Shown here: positions 16,021 to 29,648 of the stretch, in pieces
Layout of the letters: each line of letters begins with the position of its first letter
Numbering within the stretch: position 1 is the first letter of the stretch
Source of the DNA: Eledone cirrhosa
Taxonomy: Eukaryota
Length of the DNA stretch: 64,000 nucleotides
Direction: 5' to 3'
Assembly: GCA_964016885.1 (NCBI GenBank)
Contig: OZ024751.1
Span: 39,370,001 to 39,434,000 of the forward strand
Notes under the pieces: model-generated
What the model was told of the DNA's origin: nothing
Seen by the model: only the letters and a program-made list of their open reading frames with translations
The model's database searches: none
Program-made: the position numbers and the translations under genes

Positions 16021-16443
16021 CCCTTTAGCATTTAAACCGGCCATATCTGGCCAGTTTTCTGTCACTTCTTTCTGTTCAAACTTGCCAGTGGTCACTCATA
16101 ATATCAAGCATAAGGTATTGTTCTCAAAATAAATATCAAAATCTCATAGATTCGATATTATGTGAGATATTATGTAAGGTAAAGCCTTTGCCACAAAAAC
16201 ACAATAGTATATATAGAGTAATTGTTTCTACTTTAGGCATAAGGCCAGCAATTACCCAGTACATTACTGGTACTTTATTTTATCGACCCCGTAAGAATGA
16301 AAGGCAAAGTTAACCTCGGCGGGATTTGAACTCAGACTGTAAAGGGACGTAACTATGCTAAAAAGAATGGTGTCCGACCCTCTACCGATACTGCCAATCC
16401 ACCGCCCTTAGTTTAAATATAGAGTAATGTAAAGGCTAAAGGG
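16021..16443 (+). mobile_element. piggyBac-type MITE (TTAA|CCCTTTAGCATTTA...CTAAAGGG) interrupted by a SINE A
   Basis: Aligns by eye to the uninterrupted copy at 57571-57780; TTAA at 16017-16020. Confidence 0.8.
16221..16410 (-). mobile_element. SINE family A nested in the MITE
   Basis: Reverse complement of family A; ATATAGAGTAAT on both sides (TSD). Confidence 0.9.
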
Positions 16444-16780
16444 TTGCGACAGTGTTAAGAACATATCCTAACAAAAGGTTCTTACTTAGAATTACCATGT
16501 AAAGTTAAACTACAAATATAATCTCTTTACAATTAGTGGTTTTGTATTACCAAACTTCAGATGTCTCCAGCCATGTTGGTATTGAAAGGGTTAACCAATA
16601 AATAAATACATTAAAATCTTCCTATATTGATCAGCTATCGTTTTTTTTATTTTGTTTTTTATTTTTGTTTTGTCTTTTATCTGTCTGCCTATATTTTTGG
16701 TTCATTTATTTATCTGCTTCATATCACATCTTCTCCTCAGTCACTCTATCTCTTTCTCTACTTCCTTTCTCCTCTCTCTC

Positions 16781-16813
<33 letters not shown>

Positions 16814-16981
16814 TTCGCTTCATCCTCGGTCTCTCTCACTTTCTCCCTCTCACTATTTCTCTATCTATCTATATCTCTCTCTTGCACAATAAATTTCGTT
16901 TACACATTGTTTGAATATTGTCGTATGAAGTAGTGGGCTGTCGTGTTAGAATGACACCAGTTATGGGAGAGACAGAGATAA

Positions 16982-17041
<60 letters not shown>

Positions 17042-17077
17042 ACACTAATGTTGACACATTATCGAGTAGAGGGCCTT

Positions 17078-17109
<32 letters not shown>

Positions 17110-17856
17110 TACATATATAACAGATGGCGAGAGAGAAATGGGGAGGAAGAGCGATTCTTTTCGTTTTAAGCTGATCAATAACAATAATAACAACAATAAC
17201 AATGATAACAATAATAAACAGAGAAAACTAACAACAAGCCTGGTGATTGATTTGTATAAAAGATAACAAAGAATTGATTGCTTTCCATCATCGGCTAACA
17301 ATCGGAAAAGGATTAGAGATCAAAGAGGCAGGATTTAGATATCAATTGGTCGAGTGGTTAGGGTGCTAAACTCTACACAGCATCAATGAAACAATCAGAC
17401 AGCTTCCCACGTTTAAACAGTAGCGGATCAAAGACGCTGATCATTTTATATATATACCACCTTGAAACAAGAGGCAGATTGTGAATGCATGAGAGGGAAA
17501 GCCTTGTAATTATGAATTGTTAAATAGCAGTAAATAGATCTCGTATAAACTAGCTAATTTCTAATGATGGTTATCAGTGCATTTCTGTGAGCGGCTCTGC
17601 TTTGCTACAAAATGCTGACATTATAATAAAAGCATATTTATTGACTACTATCAACGTCGTTTCCTTTGTGTTGATAATGTTATTAGTAATGTTAACCACA
17701 ATGCTATCGATGTTTTATATAACTCTACTTTAACCAAGTCCCCGAGTTACGTTTATAGAAAATAGCAAATGGATCCAATCATAGGAATGCCATTTACAAT
17801 ATTGGATCCTTTATTTATTTATGTTCTTATTTATTTATGATTTTACACTGCATATA

Positions 17857-18280
17857 GGGCGCTGAAGTGGCAGTATCGCTGGAGGGTCGGACGCCATGCT
17901 TTGCAGCAAAGAGTTACCGCCCTTGATGATCTGAGTTCAAATCCCGCCGAGGTTAACTTTGCCTTTCCTCCTTACAAGGTCGATAAAATAAAGTACCAGT
18001 CACGCACTGGGGTCGATTTAATCGACTTTCCTCTCCCCTAAAATTGATCGCCTTCAGCCTATATAAGAAACCATTATTTTCATTGCAAAGGGGCGATGAA
18101 TTGGCAGTATCAGTAGAGGGTTGAACGCCATGATTTCTAGCATAGTTACGTTACTTTACGGTCTGAGTTCAAATCCCGTCGAGGTTAACTTTGCCTTTCA
18201 TCCTTACGGGGACGATAAAATAAAGTACCAGTAATGTACTGGGTTATTGCTGGCCTTGGGCCAAAAGTAGAAACCATTGT
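17857..18280 (+). mobile_element. Two tandem SINE family A copies
   Basis: Two complete head-centre-tail units (~17857-18080 and ~18090-18280). Confidence 0.88.
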
Positions 18281-18887
18281 TTTACGTTGCATAGAAGAAT
18301 ATTTAAGGCGATGAATAACGCAGAGATGGTGGCCTTGCGGTATTTGTTTCGGTTCTTTGAGCTCTAGTTTCAAATCCAGCCAGCATCCACCGTTACTTTT
18401 CATCCTTTTGATTGTCGGTAAATAAAGTACTAGTCCAGAACGCTTGCTGTGAATTGTAGGACTTTTTAGTACATAGTACTGAGCATTCCGAGTTCAAATC
18501 CCGTTCACATCAGTTTTAGCTTTCATATTTTTAGGGTCCTTAAAATAAATAAAGTGGCAATCCTGGTTGACACTGAATTGAAAGAATTGTTAGCGTTGAA
18601 CGATATGCAGCATAGTATCTATTTGAGATCTCTCCGACATTCCAAACCATTGTCTTAATATATATACTTACATTCTGTAACAGATATATGTTATAATCAC
18701 TTCAATCTTTGGATTGGTGTAGTTTTTACACGAAAGGGGTCGCTATTTTTCTTAGCAGAAATTTATTAAATCTTTTCTGTATCGTGATATTGGCTTACAA
18801 AGGAATCAATTCTGTTCGGAAATCTTCACTAGTTTCACAGTATTTAATGTCTAACCTATTATATTCCCCCATTCTTCCCCTCCCTTA

Positions 18888-19017
<130 letters not shown>

Positions 19018-19019
19018 TA

Positions 19020-19345
19020 TATCCAATGATGTTGACTTGTTCTTCTTTTTGGTAAATACCATCTTGGTTAAGAGAGTGGGACTGGCTTTGTGCAGTGCCT
19101 TTGCTCACTATAAAAGCTTCAGGGCACAGGCATTGCTTTATATCTGGAGATCTCTCTGCACTTGTCGTCACATGGTACCATGGGCCCAGCACTATGTGTC
19201 AATAATTGTCACAAGTGTAGTGTTTGTACCAGAGTTTTCAAGTCGCTGGCTGGACTAAAAAGTCATACTCGTTCAGCGCATCGGTAGGGTTTCTCCTACA
19301 TGGATATAAGTAGTGGCTGTACTAGAAAACAAGTTGGCAGCCACC
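19020..19345 (+). mobile_element. LINE (RTE-like) 3' fragment with terminal C2H2 zinc finger
   Basis: 19201-19287 translates to NNCHKCSVCTRVFKSLAGLKSHTRSAHR*, the CxxC-F-GL-SH-H end typical of some RTE ORFs; flanked by microsatellites. Confidence 0.6.
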
Positions 19346-19379
<34 letters not shown>

Positions 19380-19478
19380 GTATTTATATATGTATATATA
19401 TATATAAATATATATATATATACGTGTGTATGTGTGTGTGTGTGTACCTGCGTGTATTACACAAATCGTACACTAATA

Positions 19479-19537
<59 letters not shown>

Positions 19538-19886
19538 AGAAAAAAGAGAATCAGTGTTACGACGAAAGGAATTTATTGGACATATTACAAATGTTTCTCG
19601 GGCGACTAGCTCGAGGCACGATCGATATGGTGATCACCCCTGACTCTGAAATCAACACGGTCGTCAGATACGTCTCGATTTTCATATATATATATATATA
19701 AATTAATAAAATCAATGAAATAAAAACAAAAAACAAGTTCCTTATATTTAAAAATTCATCATTTTACGATCGTTTCTGGGATGTATATGTGCGTTGCTAT
19801 GTATATCATATAGATCTATGTAAAAATATTACAAATTATCAGAGGAAATATACATACCTTCATATATATATGCCCTCCTCAGAAAT

Positions 19887-19939
<53 letters not shown>

Positions 19940-20295
19940 CAAAATTAATATATCTTACGCAAATATACAAATCTAAACATTGACAAGCTTGTATACACAG
20001 CAGTGATCCTAGATGACATTCCAAGACACATTTATGGAGACACAACGACACACAGGAATCATATAAACCCCATATGATGATGATGATGATGGTGATGGTG
20101 ATGGTAATGGTGATGGTGATGGTGATGGTGATGATGATGATGATGATGGTGATGGTCTATCGTATCTACCGAGTCACGAGTGTGATGTTCGGATAACCGA
20201 AATTTGACGGAGGCCAAAGAGCAGGAATTTATATAGGAAATAGGAAAATGTAATTGTCTTTCTTGAGGAATCTATTACTTATGCTTAATGTAATG

Positions 20296-21010
20296 TTGTA
20301 CTTTTTTATTGTGTGTGGGGAGGGGGCATTTTATGGTGGGGGGGGTGATGTTGGTGGTGGTGGTGATGGTGGTTGTGGGGGTGATGTTGGAGGTGGCGGT
20401 GGTGGTGATGTTGGTGGTGGTGGTGGTGGTGGAGATGTTGGTGGTGGTGGTGGTGGTGGTGGGGATGTTGGGGGTGGGGGTGGGGGTGCTGGTGATGGTG
20501 ATGGTGGTTGTGGTGGTGATGTTGGTGGTGGCGGTGGTGGTGATGTTGGTGGTGGTGGTGGTGATGTTGGTCGTGGTGGTGGTGATGTTGGGAGTGGTGG
20601 TGATGGTGGTGGTGGTGGTGGTGGTGGTGGTGATGGTGGTGATGGTGGTGGTGATGGCGCTATTGGTGGTGGTGGTGGTGATGGTGGTGTTGTTGTTATG
20701 ATGGGATGTTGGTGATGGTGGTGGTGGTGGGGATGGTGGTGGTGGTGGTGATGGTGTGATGAGGTGGTATAGGTGGTGTTGTTGGTGTTGTGGTAGTGCT
20801 GGTGTTGGTGTTGTTGCTATGATGGGATATTGGTGATGGTGGTGGTGATGTGGGGGTGTTGGTCGTGGTAGTGGTGGTATAGATGGTCGTTTGTGGCAGT
20901 TGTGGTAGTACTGCTGTTGGTGTTGTTGCTATGATAGGATATTGGTGTTGGTAGTGGTGATGGTGATGGTGTTGCTGTGATTCTATGTTGGTGTTGGTGG
21001 TGGTGGTGCA
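20296..21010. repeat. (GGT/GAT)n low-complexity tract
   Basis: Direct reading. Confidence 0.9.
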
Positions 21011-21137
21011 ATTTATTTCGTTGTTGACATATATCTGGCTTAAAGGTGAAATAGTTTTTTCATATTAATAATTTTGTTACACGCACATATATATGTGTGT
21101 ATTTATATATATGTAAGTGTATATATATATATATATT

Positions 21138-21565
21138 CTAGGGCGGGTAAAATTCCCGAGATCCATGGACGAGTTCTCTCCAGCGGTCTCTGTCCCTCAT
21201 TATAGCTGCCATGTCCTGCTTCTCCAACAGACCAGTGTCTGTCCTTAGAGCATCAACATACGTTAACCTTTGTCTTCCTCTTCTAGTGTGTCCATGTAGG
21301 GGCTCCCACGGGAGCACTGAGTGCAATGTCAACTCTGGATGTCGGTGAGCATGTCCAGCTAACCTCAGTCTCCTCAGTCTCCTCTGTGTCACTTTTGAGC
21401 TAACTTTTGGGAGGCTCCCATACAGCTCTGAGTTTTTCATCCTCAATGTATACTGATTAATGTTCAGAGCCATCCTCAGCATTCTCGTGTAGCACCCATC
21501 CACCATCTGAGTGAGTTTCTTGGTCAGTGTCCAAGTCTCAGACCCGTACAGCAGCACAGACTCCT
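21138..21565 (-). mobile_element. 5'-truncated LINE (RTE/RTEX-like) C-terminal fragment
   Basis: LLYGSETWTLTK...DGCYTRMLRMALNI...RRLRLAGH...RRGRQRLTYVD...DRDRWR; (TA)n on both sides. Confidence 0.9.
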
Positions 21566-21774
21566 ATATATATATACACACACACACACACACATGTATG
21601 TATGTATGTATGTATGTATGCATCAGCCCATCTTTTTCCGTTCAGTGGGCTTATATGCTTTGTTATAATTAGACATTACGGTGAGTAACAAGACTCACTA
21701 ATTAGGCATGATAAATAAATATTTAAACTCTACTTCGGCATGGAATGCTCTTGTCTCTCGTCCGTCAACTACAT

Positions 21775-21814
<40 letters not shown>

Positions 21815-21931
21815 TTTTTTCCAGGTCCTCGGAGGAATAACAACACACCGAGAAGCTGGAAATATCGATGCATTGACGGAGTAAAACACACTTCAATAAC
21901 ATGTGTACCTGTCTCTACCACACCAATTCGG

Positions 21932-21986
21932 ACTGCCTGAAGAGGTCACAGCCAATGATGGTTGTCACCGAAATATATATAACAGT
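21932..21986 (+). ncRNA. Type I hammerhead ribozyme-like motif
   Basis: ACUGc CUGAAGA GGUcACAGCCA-AUGA-UGGUUGUcACC GAAA UAUAUAU A aCAGU: core, long stem II, palindromic AU stem III, stem I ACUG/CAGU. Confidence 0.7.
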
Positions 21987-22036
21987 AATTTTTTATTTAT
22001 AATAAACGAAGCCGAATTTTACATATTTGACTTAAT

Positions 22037-22078
<42 letters not shown>

Positions 22079-22240
22079 ATAATATATATATATATAAAAA
22101 TGAAACGAAATTTCATTTCCCACTCTTAGTACGGCTGTTACTTAAATATAAGTATGTACACGTACATACATATATGTATACATGCATGTATGTATATAAA
22201 TATACATACTACTGTACGTCTGTATACATATATGTATGTA

Positions 22241-22293
<53 letters not shown>

Positions 22294-22618
22294 CAGGGTA
22301 TATTGATATTTATTTCAATAACATAAATATTTTCAATTCTAATGTGTTTTGTGAAGATATCATTGCATGTAGAGCAGATTTTATTAAAATAACTTTTCAG
22401 CGGGGAATTTATTTAAACTGACGAGGTTTTAACTGGTGAAGTAGAAACTAACGTGTTACGTGAAGTAGATCTAATCTACAATGTACATTTTATGTATATG
22501 TTGTACAACTACAAATAGTGAACATTTTTATATATAAATACAATTAGGTCAACAAGTGAGTACACACACATACTCACACGTACAGACTCACACGCACAGA
22601 GAAACACAGTCACATGCA

Positions 22619-22661
<43 letters not shown>

Positions 22662-22831
22662 TCATACACGCACACAGTAACAGACACATATATGTAAACA
22701 TATAAATATATCAGAGATCAGCTGATGGGAAGGGATTGTCCAGTGTTTCGTACCTTGTCTTCGCCCATCTTATTATAAATTAAATTTATAAGATCTTAGC
22801 CACTCGGGACATGCTTTCAAATTGGTATATA

Positions 22832-22875
<44 letters not shown>

Positions 22876-23041
22876 TAAAATTGAAATATAGAAACGTACT
22901 TGTACAAACATATATATATATATATAGTATGTAAAAGTAATATATATATGTATATATACATATATTTCTGAACGTACATAGACAATTTACAATATATATA
23001 CATGATATATATACACATCTATATATATATTTCTCCCTCTT

Positions 23042-23132
<91 letters not shown>

Positions 23133-23183
23133 ATATATATATGTGTGTGTGTGTATATATACATATATTTATATAAATATATA

Positions 23184-23277
<94 letters not shown>

Positions 23278-23283
23278 TATATT

Positions 23284-23314
<31 letters not shown>

Positions 23315-24108
23315 ATGTGTGTGTGTGTGCATGCCTGGTAAGATATTTTGATAAGCTATATAGATAAGCTATCGACATTTACGAGTATTTTGTTCAATAA
23401 AGTGAGACTAACAACATAGTGTTCAACGATGAAAAAGTAATCAACGTATGTTTGCTGTATGAAGAGAAGAGAGAAAAGGAAGAGATTAGAAGAGATAGAA
23501 GGAGAGAGTCACAAGCGTCCATTTTTCTTTCTTGGCCAGTCCTTTTTCTATTAGAGACATTTCCCTGTTGACCAGCGCGTAGACTGTGATTGCAGAAGTT
23601 CGATTCACAACGCTGACCACTTAGGATTTACATGGTGAAAGTCCGTTGAGATAGTATACTATATAATATAACGTCTATATATTTTTCTAGATCACACACA
23701 CACTACTACTACTTAAGAGAATAAATGGATACAGAATTGGTCTCCAAAGACCCACCAGAATGGTAAATCTGGTTTCTATTGGAAAATAGCCATTATTTTA
23801 TTGTGGAAACGTAAAACCCGGTAATCAAAGTTATAGTAATAGTATTGGCAGTGTGCCGAATTCTTTCAAAATAGAACGATTTTCGTAAGGTGGGGAGTAG
23901 GATTGCTAAGGGGGATAAATATACATATATCTATCTATCTATCTATATATATATATGTATATATATATATATAGATAGATATATTATTTATTATTTAATT
24001 ATTTATTTATGTATTTATTATTACAAAATCCCTTTTAATAAAATGATAGCTACCACTGAGGTGTGGAGAGTATAGGAGGTTTGTAGAAGCTACAACAAAG
24101 ACAAAAGG

Positions 24109-24147
<39 letters not shown>

Positions 24148-24279
24148 CATATACACATATATATACATATATATATGTATATACATATATATATATATAC
24201 ATATATATACATATATATACATATATACATACATATATATATATACGAGGGGGGGTTCTAAATATATATATGTAAATTG

Positions 24280-24346
<67 letters not shown>

Positions 24347-24431
24347 AAGAAATTAAGAGTTAGAGTGAGTGAGAGATATACAGCTTTTCAAACAAACTCA
24401 CATATATATATAAATATATGTATATACACAT

Positions 24432-24463
<32 letters not shown>

Positions 24464-24511
24464 GTATAAATATGTACACACACACATATATATATATAAA
24501 TATATGTATAT

Positions 24512-24542
<31 letters not shown>

Positions 24543-24594
24543 AATATGTATACACACACACATATATATATATATATAAATATATGTATACACA

Positions 24595-24631
<37 letters not shown>

Positions 24632-25573
24632 CACATACATATATATGTATGTGTGTGTATATATCTCTGTATGTGTGTGTATGTAAACACATCTTATTAA
24701 GAGATAACACCTGAAAAAGATTGTGATGCTCTCTCAGTTCCATTCAATGTTGTGTTGGTGATGTTTCTATGTCCATCAATTGGTGGATGACAAAAGGTTG
24801 CAAGTTGAATGTAATCCAATTCAATTTTCTTTTTACTTAAACCAAGACATACAATCATGCCTTTCTTCATTAGCTGTAGCCATATTTGCAAACACTAAAA
24901 TCTCTTTCCTTCTTACAATCTGCTTTTGTCTTACGTTGGCAAATAATCGAATTTTCTAAAGTATTTTTCTTGTCCTTGATCCGTGCATTAATGAGCAAAC
25001 GGAAGATATTGAATTTGGGTCAGCACCCTACAAAACTATAAATCACTGAAGATGGAAAATTGCCCATTATTTACTAAGATATCCATTACTTTATGCCTTT
25101 ATATAATTAGGTAGCAAAGCCTAGTGGGAGGGCTCACCCTACTCTCCATTACACACCACACTGCACAGTTTCTTTCCTGGAATATTATTATTTCCTTTAA
25201 ACAAATAGATTATAAGTATAACATTATGAACTAATGAATCTATGACGCAGTATGGAGATATAATATTGATGGAGTTGGATAAAACTAAACATATACTGTT
25301 TAGATATATTTCAATGTTTCTAGATTTATAATTGATTAATCTGAGATCAAGTTTCACGAAGAAACCTTCTAGTTTATCTCATACATATTTGTTATACGTT
25401 TTATTCTGCTGTTAGATGATGTGGGCTACACAGATAAAGTGGTGTCATTCACAGGGACTCAACCAAATGTAGACACTGTATTTTACCTCAGAATTCTTAA
25501 CCCTTTTGATAAACCACCTGAAACTACAGCTGTTTCTATGATACAAACCTGTTTGTATTAAAATGTTTATATT

Positions 25574-25742
25574 GATAAGAGCGGTGGATTGGCAGTATCG
25601 GTAGAGGGGTCGGACGCCATGCTTTGCAGCAAAGAGCTACGGCCCTTTATGGTCTGAGTTCAAATCCTGCTGAGGGCTCGATAAAATAAAGTACCAGTAA
25701 TGCACTGGGATAATTGCTGGCCTTGTGCCTAAAGTAGAAACA
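25574..25742 (+). mobile_element. SINE family A (internal deletion) with 17-bp TSD
   Basis: ATTAAAATGTTTATATT at 25557-25573 and 25743-25759. It is inserted in another TTAA|CCCTTT-starting remnant (from 25497). Confidence 0.88.
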
Positions 25743-25944
25743 ATTAAAATGTTTATATTCATAAAAGAAAAAACCTTACATCATAATTTTATGTAAAAGC
25801 CTTTAAGATATGTTCCAAACTTAATAATAAGTAACATTATTCGATAGAGTGTGTAGCTCAGAGATATGAGAGTCACTCCTGGTAGAGCTGCTACTTCTCC
25901 GAATTGAGAGATCACAGCTCAGATACTATGGGCATGTGGTTAGA

Positions 25945-26105
25945 ATCATCATCATCATCGTTTAGAGTCTATCTTCCACGCTAGCATGGGTTTAGACGGG
26001 AATTGTCCCACTTAAGGCAAGATTGGTCGTCTCGCTCGTATGGGACTGTCTGGCAGGTTTTCTACGGCTGGGTGCCCTTCCTAACACGAACCACGTTTAC
26101 AGTCT
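25945..26105 (-). mobile_element. SINE family B 3' portion (CCATGCTAGCGTGG tail type)
   Basis: Reverse complement of GTTAGGAAGGGCACCCAGCCGTAGAAA...CCGTCTAAACCCATGCTAGCGTGGAAGATAGAC...(TGA)n. Confidence 0.7.
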
Positions 26106-26320
26106 CAGGAAAGAATCGCTGGACAGATTTTAAGGGCAAAAACCAACAAGCAGGAGACCCAGGGACAGACTGTGAGCAAGATGGTTGGATAACATCCATG
26201 AGCTTGGCGTGTCTCACTTGGGGATCCAACCAGATCAGGTGGAGACGGTTGCTTCTGGCAGGACCCCCTAGAAGTAGTGTTTGGGGACACTGTCCCCACC
26301 ATCCCCTCATCATCCTCACA
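26106..26320 (+). mobile_element. Degenerate LINE 3' fragment
   Basis: Reads ...RRPRDRL*ARWLDNIHELGVSHLGIQP...; related to the minus-strand segment at ~59250-59370 (shared CTTGGGGATCCA.CCA). Confidence 0.5.
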
Positions 26321-27010
26321 TAATAAAATACACTCAGCAAACTCTATATAGTTACAATACAGGCAAGGCACCTTTTGTCGTGTCACCAACACGACCATAT
26401 TACAGACATTAAATTATGATGATGATGATGATGATGGTGATGAGGAGGGGGATTTGAATGTGTAGACATTAATGGTCGGTGACTTTTAATGTGTCTATTA
26501 GATAACAGTGAGTTGGTTATTGAACATTTGCATACAAACTGGTGAAAATCATTTCCACTTTAATGGAGTAGAACTATAAAGATGAAACAGAATGAAGCTG
26601 TTAATATGGTCAGTCTAGTCAGGATCTGTAGATGTTGGCAATCAATGACCATAACAGGTTTTACTTGACTACAACACCATCACTTTCAACGACAATGCAG
26701 CTTCAGTGAGTTTTCTGGGTTTTTTAAGATTATGACAGGAATGCTGAATAAAATGTACACAAACACAGACATATATATATATATATATATAAGGGAGATG
26801 TATTTTAATTATGTCTCATATAAAATAATACAACTGGCTATCCGCAAAATACATATAGTTAGCACCCCAAACGTAAAATTGGGATTATACTAAGGTATAT
26901 CCTAATGTTTGTTGAGTGAGATGGAAGCCAGTCAGAGTATAGCTTAAAGCTTTCTCTGTTAATGTATTAAATATATATATATATATATATATATATAGGC
27001 ACACACACAC

Positions 27011-27374
27011 ATCATCATCATCATCATTTTATGTCCGCATTTCCCTGATTCTGGCTTGATTTCTACAGCTGGATGCTCTTCCTAACACCAACCTCATTTA
27101 CAGTGAGTGACAGGTGCTTTTTTACCATAGCGCCTACACGTCCACTTTACAGTTTGGGCCGGGTGCTTTTTTGCCGTGGCACCTCCACGACCACTTTGCA
27201 GTGCAATGATAAGGACCCCAGTCCCTATCATCTCATTTCTACAGCTGAGTAAACTGGAGCAATGTGAAGTAAAGTGTCTTGCTCAAGGAAACAACACATC
27301 ACCTTGTCTGAGAATTGAACTCACAACCTTTCGATTGCAAGGCCAATGCTCTAACCACTAAGCCATGTGCCTCC
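27011..27374 (-). mobile_element. SINE family B (tRNA head, CORE-like block, RTE-derived tail)
   Basis: A box TGGCTTAGTGG, B box GAGTTCAATTC, CCTTGAGCAAGACACTTT..CAGTTTACTCAGCTGTAGAAATG, (TGA)n tail. Confidence 0.9.
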
Positions 27375-27478
27375 ACATATATATATATGCACACACACAC
27401 ACACACACACACTCACATATACAATATACGTATTTGTGCATATGCCTGTGTGTATGTATATATATATATATATATATC

Positions 27479-27672
27479 CCAGTAGAAGGAAGATGCAATA
27501 GAGGAAAACCACGAAAATGATGGGCAGAGGTGGTGAGCGCTGACTTCAGATCGCTGAAGCTCACGGAGGAGATGACGAAGGACCGTGATGAATGGAGAGA
27601 TGCTGTGTTGAATAGGAACCATCCCACCCTTGCAAGCAGGGAAAAGTGGACGTAAAATGATGATGATGATAA
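27479..27672 (+). mobile_element. RTE LINE extreme 3' end
   Basis: Matches 48572-48761 (CCAGTAGAAGGAAGA...CCCACCCTTGCAAGCAGGGAAAAGTGGACGTAAAATGATGA). Confidence 0.9.
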
Positions 27673-27693
27673 TGATATTATATATATATATAT

Positions 27694-27778
27694 ATAGTTA
27701 TGTAATAAACAACATAAAGCAATTATTTCATTTTTCTAAAGTGAAATAATTGCCTTATGTTGTTTATTACATAACTAT
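27694..27778. repeat. 85-bp imperfect palindrome
   Basis: ATAGTTATGTAATAAACAACATAAAGCAATTATTTCA / TGAAATAATTGCCTTATGTTGTTTATTACATAACTAT. Confidence 0.9.
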
Positions 27779-28029
27779 TAGGCTCTGTTACTTACATAGA
27801 GCACTCTTTTTTCCTGGACTTTTCCGACGGAATTACTTCACATATATATATATATATGATGATATATATATATGATGATGATGATATCACATCGTGTTTT
27901 TGTTATTTTTGCATTCATTTTATACATGCACAAACATATGTATATATAACATACATATATTTTTTTTCACAATAGCGAGGCTACCCTTATGTTTATATAT
28001 GTTTTCATATAGCTCTCTCTCTATCTCTA

Positions 28030-28059
<30 letters not shown>

Positions 28060-28060
<1 letters not shown>

Positions 28061-28265
28061 AGGGCGGTGGATTGGCAGTGTCGGTAGAGGGTCGGACGTC
28101 ATGCTTTGACGCATAGAGTTACGGCCCTTGCCATTCTGAGTTCAAATCCCGCCGAGGTTAACTTTGCCTTTCATCCGTACGGGGTCGATAAAATAAAGTA
28201 CCAGTAATGCACTAGGTAATTGCTGGCCTTGTGCCTAAAGTAGAAACAATTATTATTATTATTAT
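28060..28265 (+). mobile_element. SINE family A, full length
   Basis: Complete head-centre-tail; (TTA)n on both sides. Confidence 0.92.
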
Positions 28266-28543
28266 TGTTTTTAGTTTTATCGTTATTATTACATTTGATA
28301 AGTAGAAGTAGAGCTTTAATAAAATCCTATTTAATGTCACTAAGTTGAGCCTTATAAACTGACGTATTGATTGCAGCTGTTCTGTGTATATGTGTGTATA
28401 TATGTGTATATTTGTGAATATGTGTGTATATATATGTGTGTATATGCAAATATGTGTGCATGTATATGTGTGTTTGTGTTTAGATATGTGCATATACGTG
28501 TGTATATAGGCAAGTATGTGTGCATGTATGTTTTTGCTTTGTG

Positions 28544-28635
<92 letters not shown>

Positions 28636-29165
28636 AGTGAAAGAGAGAGAGAGTGCGTCTGTGTAAATGTATATATGTATGTGTATATATGTATGTTCTG
28701 ATGTATGTTCATCCATATGCATATGTATATTGTAAGTATATGTTATTTGTGTCTGTATATATATATATATATATATATGCAAGAGTGTATGTGTGTAAGT
28801 GTTTATATGTGTGTCTATGAGTGTCTGCTTCTATACATGGCATCAGTACAATCACTTTACAGGGTTAACTGGGTACTTTTTGTCATGACATCAGTGCAAT
28901 TACATTACACGGTGGACTAGGTGCTTTTTTTGGTTAGGCACCAGCACAACCACCTTACAGAGTGGACTAGGTGCTTTTCTTGTTTAGCACCTACATGAAC
29001 ATCTTACAGTGTGGACGGGCTGCTTTTATTTATGGCACCAGCACTATATATGGATATATATATATAGTACTATACATATATATATATATAGTTCTATACA
29101 TATATATATATAGTTCTATACATATATATATATAGTTCTATACATATATATATATACATAGTACT

Positions 29166-29205
<40 letters not shown>

Positions 29206-29247
29206 ATACATATATATATATAGTACTATACATATATATAATGTACT

Positions 29248-29287
<40 letters not shown>

Positions 29288-29371
29288 ATATATATATATC
29301 TGCCCAACCCATGCTAGCATGGAAGATAGACGTTAAACGATGATGATGATGATATATATATATATATATAT

Positions 29372-29517
29372 ATATTTATTAAAATAACAGATTAAAGTTT
29401 AAGCAAAGAATCGTTGATTTCACCCTTAACGGGATCTTCTGAAACTTCAGAAGATCCCATTAAGGGTGAAAGCAGCGATTCTTTGCTTAAACTTTAATCT
29501 GTTATTTTAATAAATAT
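29372..29517. repeat. 146-bp palindrome containing hammerhead-like motifs
   Basis: ~72-bp arms with 3 mismatches around a 2-nt centre; each arm carries CAGAAGA-TCCC..GGGT-GAAA. Confidence 0.92.
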
Positions 29518-29603
29518 TTGCTCTACGGTTCTTATATATGTGATATATATTTATCCTTATCGAGCCCTCTTTGGATTTTAGTCTTCAAATGTATTATTAT
29601 TAC

Positions 29604-29648
<45 letters not shown>

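Noticed and set aside
19201-19287. Host C2H2 zinc-finger gene
   Set aside because: A single terminal finger without TGEKP linkers, in a LINE-like 3' context.
20254-20715. Gly-rich ORF with a hydrophobic N-terminus
   Set aside because: Lies in a (GGT)n microsatellite that continues past the stop, and the ORF start is TTG; no independent evidence of coding.
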